This document shows positions 1-5,564 of a DNA stretch of 59,881 nt, piece by piece. Every line of letters starts with the position of its first letter. The stretch's first letter is position 1. Made by a program: the position numbers and the translations under genes. The stretch covers positions 1 to 59,881 of the forward strand of contig JBGSYJ010000248.1 of the NCBI GenBank assembly GCA_041750915.1. Reading direction: 5' to 3'. The notes under the pieces are model-generated. The model had not been told where the DNA came from. It searched no databases and saw only the letters and a list, made by a program, of their open reading frames with translations. Source of the stretch: Thermoanaerobaculia bacterium (GTDB taxonomy: Bacteria > Acidobacteriota > Thermoanaerobaculia > Gp7-AA8).

Positions 1-98
1 CTGAGTTGTGAGTGGGACCGGGCCACTCAGAACTCACAACTCACAACTCACAACTCACAACTCACAACTCACAACTCACAACTCACAACTCACAACTC
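1..98. repeat. Heptamer-arm hairpin element, C-type (TGTGAGT/ACTCACA), left arm cut by window edge
   Basis: nt 1-13 ctgagttgtgagt, then an 11-nt GC core gggaccgggcc, then 10 tandem ACTCA(C/G)A heptamers (25-94) plus a partial unit. The two arms are reverse complements. The array ends 8 nt before the mpg ATG. Confidence 0.9.
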
Positions 99-106
99 TT
101 TTCATC

Positions 107-721
107 ATGACTGCCCTTCCCGCTACGTTCTACCAAGAGGACACGGTTCACGTGGCCAGGGCGCTGCTCGGCTGCACGCTGCACCGACGCATTGGCCGCA
201 CGACTCTTGCTGCACGGATTGTGGAGACCGAGGCGTATCTCGGTGCGAATGATCCTGCGAGCCATGCGCGGGGAGGCCTGCGGAGCGCGCGTAATGAATC
301 GATGTATCTCGAGGGCGGTCATGCGTACGTTTACTTCACGTACGGAATGCACTGGTGCGTGAATGTCGTGACCGGCGAAGCGGACATCGCCGAAGCAGTC
401 CTTCTCCGGGCGGCGCAAGCCGTCGGGGGAATCGAGCAGATCAAGGCGAACCGTCCCAAGGCGAAACGGGAGTTCGATCTGATGAACGGCCCGGGAAAGC
501 TCTGCATGGCAATGCAGATCGACCGCGAGCTCGACGGTGAACCGCTCAGAGGGCGGAAGCTCTGGATCACCGGCCGGGAGGCGGACATTGCCGAGGATGA
601 CATCGCCGTCTCCCCAAGGATCGGCATCGACGGCGCCGGGGAGGCTGCATCCTGGCCGCTGCGCTTTTTTCTCGCAGGAAATCGCTACGTCTCGGTGCGA
701 AGAGTAGTCAGTAGTCAGTAG
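107..721 (+). CDS. mpg: DNA-3-methyladenine (alkyladenine) glycosylase, AAG/MPG family
   Basis: ORF 8..721 trimmed to ATG 107, because the upstream HNSQLTT x3 is just translation of the heptamer array. Family-typical blocks: FYQEDTVHVARALLGCTL, ETEAYLG..DPASHA, YVYFTYGMHWCVNVV. The last 6 codons and the TAG lie inside a B-type heptamer array. Confidence 0.85.
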   Translation: MTALPATFYQEDTVHVARALLGCTLHRRIGRTTLAARIVETEAYLGANDPASHARGGLRSARNESMYLEGGHAYVYFTYGMHWCVNVVTGEADIAEAVLLRAAQAVGGIEQIKANRPKAKREFDLMNGPGKLCMAMQIDRELDGEPLRGRKLWITGREADIAEDDIAVSPRIGIDGAGEAASWPLRFFLAGNRYVSVRRVVSSQ

Positions 722-959
722 TAGCAAGATGATCCTTCACTGTCCTGTGGCTGTGAAGAAATCGAAGCCATTGTGTCATCCCGAGCGTCGAGCGAGGGAT
801 CTGGGCGGGGGTCTTCTAGACAGGAGCCGCCACCCAGATCCCTCGCTCGACGCTCGGAATGTCACTTCGCGATTCATTCACAATCTCTCAGGATGACAAA
901 GGGCGCTCAGTCCGGGCGGGCGGGCTACTGACTCCTGACTCCTGACTCCTGACTACTCC
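702..959. repeat. Heptamer-arm hairpin element, B-type (GTAGTCA/GGAGTCA), with nested MITE insertions in its core
   Basis: Left arm gagtagtcagtagtcagtagtag (702-724). Right arm ctactgactcctgactcctgactcctgactactcc (925-959), preceded by gggcgggcggg. The core holds a split F1-like remnant (726-739 and 887-898) that is itself interrupted by an F2 copy (773-865). Confidence 0.85.
773..865. repeat. MITE-like palindrome, family F2 (short copy)
   Basis: gtgtcatcccgagcgtcgagcgagggatctgggcgg ... ccacccagatccctcgctcgacgctcggaatgtcac. Same termini and stem as the copies at 25249 and 59753. Confidence 0.85.
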
Positions 960-971
960 TTCTGATCCCTC

Positions 972-1283
972 TTACTTGAAAAACGACGTCAGCTTCCCGA
1001 CGATCCCGCGGTTCTTCTCTTCCAGAATCTGCTCCATCTCGCCCTCGTCGAACCACGTGCCGTTGCACGACACACAACGATCGAGCTCGATCCCCGAGAA
1101 GTCGATGTGGTGCAGGTCCATCCCGCACTTGGGACACTTCATGTAGTGAAGCTGTTTGAGCTGCTCCCGTTCCGCGGCTTCCATCTTGCCGAGCCGTTCC
1201 TCTTCCCACTTCTTCTTCCGCTCGAGCTCCTGCCGGGCGAAGTACTCGTCCTCGGCTTTACTTGGCTTGTCAACGTCGCTCAT
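972..1283 (-). CDS. Zinc-ribbon (TFIIB-type zf) protein with N-terminal charged coiled-coil
   Basis: ATG 1283 preceded by AAGGAGAAA. CPKCG..(16)..CVSCNGTWFD zinc-ribbon pattern. 103 aa. Confidence 0.75.
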   Translation of the reverse strand: MSDVDKPSKAEDEYFARQELERKKKWEEERLGKMEAAEREQLKQLHYMKCPKCGMDLHHIDFSGIELDRCVSCNGTWFDEGEMEQILEEKNRGIVGKLTSFFK

Positions 1284-1319
1284 GGCTTTCTCCTTTGCGG
1301 GGACATTGTACCGATCAGA

Positions 1320-1473
1320 AGTAGACAGTACACAGTAGACAGAAGACAGTAGGGGGCCACCACCCGCCCTCGCTTTGGTCCCAAGGCCGGAGATTGGCTA
1401 GCGAGACTCCGACGCTCAGGATGAGTTCGGTGCGGGCGGGCTACTGTCTTCTGTCTACTGTGTACTGTCTACT
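1320..1473. repeat. Heptamer-arm hairpin element, A-type (GTAGACA/GTACACA/GAAGACA)
   Basis: The 33-nt arms agtagacagtacacagtagacagaagacagtag (1320-1352) and ctactgtcttctgtctactgtgtactgtctact (1441-1473) are perfect reverse complements. An inner clamp (cacccgccc ... gcgggcggg) surrounds an 88-nt core. The right arm ends 4 nt from the btuB-like stop codon. Confidence 0.95.
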
Positions 1474-1477
1474 TTTC

Positions 1478-3334
1478 TCACTTCAAGGTATATCGCAGTC
1501 CCGCCACCAATCGCCTTCCCTGTGAGGGATAGCCGAAGACTTCCTGATACTCCTCATCCGTCACATTCTCGAGCTTCAGGTAGGGAACGAATGCGGCCAC
1601 CGCGTACTGGACTGTGGCGTCGGCGGTTGTGTAGGCATCGTTGGTGACGCGTCCGAAGGGAGCGAGATCGGTCACGTCCGCGCGAGTGCCGTTATGCACG
1701 GCCACCACAGTCGTCCGCCATGCTCGGTACGCGTATCCGATGGAGAGCGATCCCGAGTGTTCCGGCCGCCGGAGGAGCGCCTCTCCCGTATCCTGCTGCT
1801 CTGTATCGAGCCAGGTGTAACTCGCCGCAGCAGACCAGCCGTTCCGCAGCACGCCGGATCCACTGAGCTCGACTCCCTGCGTTACGGCGGCGCCGATGTT
1901 CTGGAAGACGTTCGTCAGATTGTCGTAGACGATCAGATTATCGAAGTCGTTGTGAAAGAGAGTGGCGGAGAACACACCGTTCGCGCCGATGAAGCGATCG
2001 AATCCAACCTCGGCGCTGCGGCTCCGCTCAGGCTCGAGAGCCGCGTTTCCGAAGAACGGATAGTAAAGCTCGCCGACGGAGGGGGCTCGAAACGCGTGCC
2101 CATAACCGATCCTCACTTTGCTTGAGCCGAAGATCAGCGCCGATGCAATGCGGGGCGAGAGCTCGCCACCGAACGTGTCGTAATGATCGTGGCGCAATCC
2201 AGCGGTCACCTCGAATTGCGCGGCACCGAGTGCCCTCGAGAAGCGGTTCTCGACGAAGAACGACCGGCTCGAACGCTGCTCATCGACGAGATTCGGACCG
2301 TACACGGAGACATCCGTCACCTCCGCCTCTTCCAGCTCGAATCCTCCGATGAGCGTGCCGGCTACAGTCGGCGTCTGCACGGATAGGTTCATCCGGCCGG
2401 TCTTCGATTCTGTAGTCGAGTCGGTGAAGAAGAAAGGATCCTCAGGATCGGAGAAGTCGTCGGTACGACGGCTCTCCGAAAGACTGAGTCGCCACGTCAG
2501 GTTTGCGGTCGTGAATCGCACGGGGACCGCCCACTGCAGCTCATTCCCATCCAGCCTGCGCTGCGGGCTCGGAACGAACGCCGTCCCATCGGCATTCACG
2601 TTGCGCGGAATCCCGAGGTCGTATTGCGTGTATCGCCCCTGAACGCCGATCGAAAAACGGTCCGATGGCGCGAACGCCGTGCCGAGAAGAACAGACTCCT
2701 GCTCGAAGTCGTCGTTCGGTGCGAAGCCGTCGTCGCGGCGGCTCTCGAAGGACGCATTCGTGCTGACGCTTCCGGAAGTGAACGCGCCAGAGACGGAACC
2801 GTTGAGGAGCCCGTTCCCGCCACTTTCGAGCTCGACGTTCAGGAGCCGGCCGCCAGTGGTCAGTACGTTCACAACGCCGGTGACAGCGTCGGAACCGTAG
2901 AGTGCAGAGAATGGTCCGCGAACCACTTCGATCCGCTCGACGCCGGCCGTCGAGAACCGCCCCCAGTCGTAACCGGAAAAGTAGGGGTTGTTGATCTCGA
3001 TCCCGTTCCAGAGAACGAGAGTATGCGTCGAATTGCCTCCCCTCGTGAGCAGCGAAGTGACTTTCCCCTGCGAGCCGGTTCGCGAAACAATGACTCCGGG
3101 AACTTCGCGCAGAGCTTCGGCGATGTCGCGTGATTCACGCCGCTCGATCTGCTCGCGCGTGATCACAGTGACGGAAGCGGGCGTTGTTTCGACGGTTTCA
3201 GGAACGGACGCGGCGGTGACTACCACCTGATCAGAAAAAGAATCCGGTGGCTCCGGCGTCGCGAGGGGAACTGCCGACTGCGGAAAAACGGGGACAGCAA
3301 AGCTCAGGATGAGTACGACTGCAAACGACTTCAT
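1478..3334 (-). CDS. btuB: TonB-dependent outer-membrane receptor, BtuB-like (corrinoid uptake inferred)
   Basis: ORF trimmed to ATG 3334, which gives the signal peptide MKSFAVVLILSFAVPVFPQ. Plug-domain block VVVTAASVPE..ASVTVITREQIERRESRDIAEALREVPGV..SLLTRGGNSTHTLVLWNG. C-terminal beta-barrel ending ..GLRYTLK. A cobalamin riboswitch lies directly upstream. Confidence 0.85.
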   Translation of the reverse strand: MKSFAVVLILSFAVPVFPQSAVPLATPEPPDSFSDQVVVTAASVPETVETTPASVTVITREQIERRESRDIAEALREVPGVIVSRTGSQGKVTSLLTRGGNSTHTLVLWNGIEINNPYFSGYDWGRFSTAGVERIEVVRGPFSALYGSDAVTGVVNVLTTGGRLLNVELESGGNGLLNGSVSGAFTSGSVSTNASFESRRDDGFAPNDDFEQESVLLGTAFAPSDRFSIGVQGRYTQYDLGIPRNVNADGTAFVPSPQRRLDGNELQWAVPVRFTTANLTWRLSLSESRRTDDFSDPEDPFFFTDSTTESKTGRMNLSVQTPTVAGTLIGGFELEEAEVTDVSVYGPNLVDEQRSSRSFFVENRFSRALGAAQFEVTAGLRHDHYDTFGGELSPRIASALIFGSSKVRIGYGHAFRAPSVGELYYPFFGNAALEPERSRSAEVGFDRFIGANGVFSATLFHNDFDNLIVYDNLTNVFQNIGAAVTQGVELSGSGVLRNGWSAAASYTWLDTEQQDTGEALLRRPEHSGSLSIGYAYRAWRTTVVAVHNGTRADVTDLAPFGRVTNDAYTTADATVQYAVAAFVPYLKLENVTDEEYQEVFGYPSQGRRLVAGLRYTLK

Positions 3335-3424
3335 GACGACTCCTCGCTTCCCTCCGAAGCGGATCGATGCGTGAGAAGTCGTCGAGACGCTCCTCACGCC
3401 CCGGAGGAACTGCAATGGCTGTTT

Positions 3425-3615
3425 CGAAATGGTCGGTCTCCTGGCTTCCGAGTCATCCTCGTCACGCACCCTTCCCGCTTGTCGCAGTGGGGGTCGGACA
3501 CGACCTCGCGTGAGTCGTCGTCGGTTACAGTGGCGGGGGCCGCGCCGGTATCACACCGGCTTCCCTGGAGCTACGGCAACTCGCCGCGCTCCGCACCATC
3601 TCGAATCGGTTGTGA
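3425..3615 (-). promoter_or_regulatory. Cobalamin (B12) riboswitch in the btuB-like leader
   Basis: The minus strand reads GGTGC..AGGGAAGCCGGTGTGATACCGGCGCGGCCCCCGCCACTGTAACC. The AGGGAA is at 3561-3566 and the CCGCCACTG at 3528-3536. The B12 box GAAGCCAGGAGACCGACC has GCCAGGAGAC at 3436-3445. Downstream, CCTCCG can pair with the CGGAGG/GAGGAG SD region in front of ATG 3334. Confidence 0.85.
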
Positions 3616-3628
3616 AAGAACTGGCCGA

Positions 3629-3656
3629 ATTGTATTCCTAATGTTTGGGAAGTCAA
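3629..3656 (-). promoter_or_regulatory. Sigma70-type promoter candidate for the riboswitch-btuB transcript
   Basis: Minus strand: TTGACT (3656-3651), a 16-nt spacer, then TACAAT (3634-3629). It is positioned just 5' of the riboswitch. Confidence 0.55.
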
Positions 3657-3672
3657 CGACGAGTGAAGGGCG

Positions 3673-3932
3673 AGTAGACAGTACACAGGAGACAGTACAC
3701 AGGAGACAGTACACAGGAGACAGTACACAGGAGACAGTAGACAGTACACAGTAGACAGTAGACAGTACACAGAAGACAGTAGCCCGCCCTGCCCCTTCGA
3801 TCAGGACCGGGTGTCATCCTCCGCCATGTCCAGGATGAACCGCTTCGAGTTGACGGCGCGACAGCAGAGATCAGGCGGATCAGGGCGGCGGGCTACTGTC
3901 TTCTGTGTACTGTCTACTGTGTACTGTCTACT
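3673..3932. repeat. Heptamer-arm hairpin element, A-type, strongly asymmetric arms
   Basis: The left arm (3673-3782) is about 110 nt, roughly 16 heptamers including 4x GGAGACAGTACACA. Then cccgccc ... ggcggcggg. The right arm (3893-3932) is 40 nt. The core contains gtgtcatcctc, resembling a MITE end. Confidence 0.9.
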
Positions 3933-3986
3933 CACCCTTCTCTCTTCGTTGACTTCGCCACACCCCGGCGTTAACCTCGAAACCAG

Positions 3987-5099
3987 ATGGTTCTGTTCAA
4001 TTACGCGACAAAAGAGATCACGGCAAAGGTCGTCTACTACGGGCCGGGACTCTGCGGCAAGACGACAAACCTCCACTTCATCTACGATTCGCTCCCCTCG
4101 TCGAACCGCAGCAAGATGCTCTCGCTCGCGACGCAAACGGATCGAACGCTTTTCTTCGACTTTCTTCCGATCGATCTCGGGAAGATCCGCGGCATGCGCA
4201 CCCGCCTGCAGCTCTACACGGTTCCCGGACAGGTCTACTACAACTCGACGCGTCAGCTCGTGCTCAAGGGTGCCGACGGGGTCGTCTTCGTTGCGGACAG
4301 TCAGGATGCCGCAGTCGACGCGAATCTCGAGAGCCTTCAGAACCTGGCGGACAACCTCAAGCGCCAGGGCATCCGGATCACAGAGGTGCCACTCGTGATC
4401 CAGTACAACAAGCGCGACCTGCCGAACGCCATGCCGGTCGCCGAACTCGAAGAGAAACTCAACAAACTCGGCGTCCGGTCATTCGAGTCGACCGCGACCA
4501 CCGGCATGGGCGTTGAAGCGACGCTCAACGGCATCGCGCAGATCGTCCTCGCGCACCTCGCGAAAAAGTACGGCCTCGAAGGACCGGAAGATCTCGAGAA
4601 CGAGATCCAGGTACTGCATCCCATCGACGACAGGCCACAGCCGGAGGCCGAGAGTGTCTGGGAAGACGAGCCTTCGTCCGTAGCCGTCGACGAGGAACAA
4701 GGCTCCACCCCCGCTGAGATTCGCAGCGAAACCTCGCCAGCCGAGAGCAAACCGACCGAGCAGCCATGGCCCGAAGCGTCGGAGCTCGTCCCTCCGCCAG
4801 TTGTGACTCCGAATCACGCCGCTTTCGACGAGCTCATCAGCGGATTTGAACATCCGGCCGACACTGACCGCGAATCGCCGACTGTCGTTCCTCTTGGATC
4901 GCTCGAAATCGAGACGACCGGTCAGGAGCGGGAGTTCGAGCTCGACCAGCCGTGGGAGAACCCCGTCACAGTTGCGCCGCCCCCACACGCGGAACTCGTC
5001 AAGGAGATCACTCTCCCCCTCAACCTCTCCCGTGAGGAGCTCGAGGGCCAGCGCAAGTTGAAAGTCCGGATCACGCTCGACGTGAACATCCTCGACTGA
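3987..5099 (+). CDS. mglA: MglA-family Ras-like GTPase with about 175-aa acidic/Pro-rich C-terminal extension
   Basis: Residues 1-195 align along their length with my memory of Myxococcus MglA: VYYGPGLCGKTTNL, TDRTLFFDFLP, LYTVPGQV, GVVFVADSQ, IQYNKRDLP. The extension (EGPEDLENE...PPVVTPNH...RITLDVNILD) has no match I recognise. Confidence 0.85.
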   Translation: MVLFNYATKEITAKVVYYGPGLCGKTTNLHFIYDSLPSSNRSKMLSLATQTDRTLFFDFLPIDLGKIRGMRTRLQLYTVPGQVYYNSTRQLVLKGADGVVFVADSQDAAVDANLESLQNLADNLKRQGIRITEVPLVIQYNKRDLPNAMPVAELEEKLNKLGVRSFESTATTGMGVEATLNGIAQIVLAHLAKKYGLEGPEDLENEIQVLHPIDDRPQPEAESVWEDEPSSVAVDEEQGSTPAEIRSETSPAESKPTEQPWPEASELVPPPVVTPNHAAFDELISGFEHPADTDRESPTVVPLGSLEIETTGQEREFELDQPWENPVTVAPPPHAELVKEITLPLNLSREELEGQRKLKVRITLDVNILD

Positions 5100-5181
5100 A
5101 ATGCGGCGGATCGGAATCCGCCGCTACTTGCGCCGCCCTCAGAAATTTAACGATCGCGCCATACTGTTTCGGTCGACACCC

Positions 5182-5271
5182 GGAGGAGTGGTCGAGTGGT
5201 TTAAGGCAGCGGTCTTGAAAACCGCCGTACCGGTAACGGTACCGTGGGTTCGAATCCCACCTCCTCCGCCA
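5182..5271 (+). tRNA. tRNA-Ser (anticodon UGA), CCA encoded
   Basis: GGAGGAG acceptor pairs with CTCCTCC. Anticodon arm GCGGT-CTTGAAA-ACCGC. Long variable arm CGTACCGGTAACGGTACC. T-arm GGGTTCGAATCCC. Confidence 0.93.
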
Positions 5272-5291
5272 GTGTCGCCTTCGGCGAAATT

Positions 5292-5372
5292 AAGAATTGA
5301 GAATTCAGAATTCAGAAAGCCCGCCCATCCCCTCTTCTGCATTCTGAATTCTGAATTCTGAATTCTCAATTC
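5292..5372. repeat. Heptamer-arm hairpin element, D-type (GAATTCA/GAATTCT) between two tRNA-Ser genes
   Basis: Left arm aagaattgagaattcagaattcagaa, core agcccgcccatcccctcttctgc, right arm attctgaattctgaattctgaattctcaattc. The right arm has one extra heptamer. Five GAATTC sites in total. Confidence 0.9.
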
Positions 5373-5460
5373 CCCTGTAGTATGCTGCCCGAACACCGGC
5401 AAGTGCGGCCGGGGGAATTGTCTTCCCCCTACCACGCTTACCAGTCCTGCACACGCACCC

Positions 5461-5552
5461 GGAGAGATGGGAGAGTGGCTTAATCCAGCGGTTTGCTAAA
5501 CCGCCGTACTGGGAAACTGGTACCGAGGGTTCGAATCCCTCTCTCTCCGCCA
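5461..5552 (+). tRNA. tRNA-Ser (anticodon GCU), CCA encoded
   Basis: GGAGAGA acceptor pairs with TCTCTCC. Anticodon arm GCGGT-TTGCTAA-ACCGC. Long variable arm. T-arm GGGTTCGAATCCC. Confidence 0.93.
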
Positions 5553-5564
5553 CTTTGTACCCCA

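Noticed and set aside
83-727. Long minus-strand ORF (214 aa) opposite mpg. Similar long antisense ORFs include 6117..7037, 9073..9927, 12889..13671, 16493..17311, 24572..25195, 25828..26631, 27316..28110, 27776..28819, 31570..32004, 49570..50334, 51886..52704 and 58239..59648.
   Set aside because: These are co-phased shadows of confidently identified genes in a GC-rich genome. Their products are Arg/Gly/Pro-rich with no recognisable motifs and no SD.
3371-3770. ORFs 3371..3754 (+) and 3525..3770 (-) with repetitive peptides (STVYCLL, VDSTQETV).
   Set aside because: They are read-through of the stop-free strand of the heptamer array and of the riboswitch region. The periodic peptide is a direct consequence of the 7-nt DNA repeat.
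3673-3782. Could the tandem arrays or the palindromic repeats be CRISPR arrays?
   Set aside because: The period is 7 nt with no unique spacers. The 88-172 bp palindromes are dispersed single copies. No cas genes are present.
3801-4136. Candidate mglB upstream of mglA (minus ORF 3801..4136).
   Set aside because: It is on the wrong strand, overlaps the repeat element and the mglA start, and has no roadblock/LC7-like sequence.
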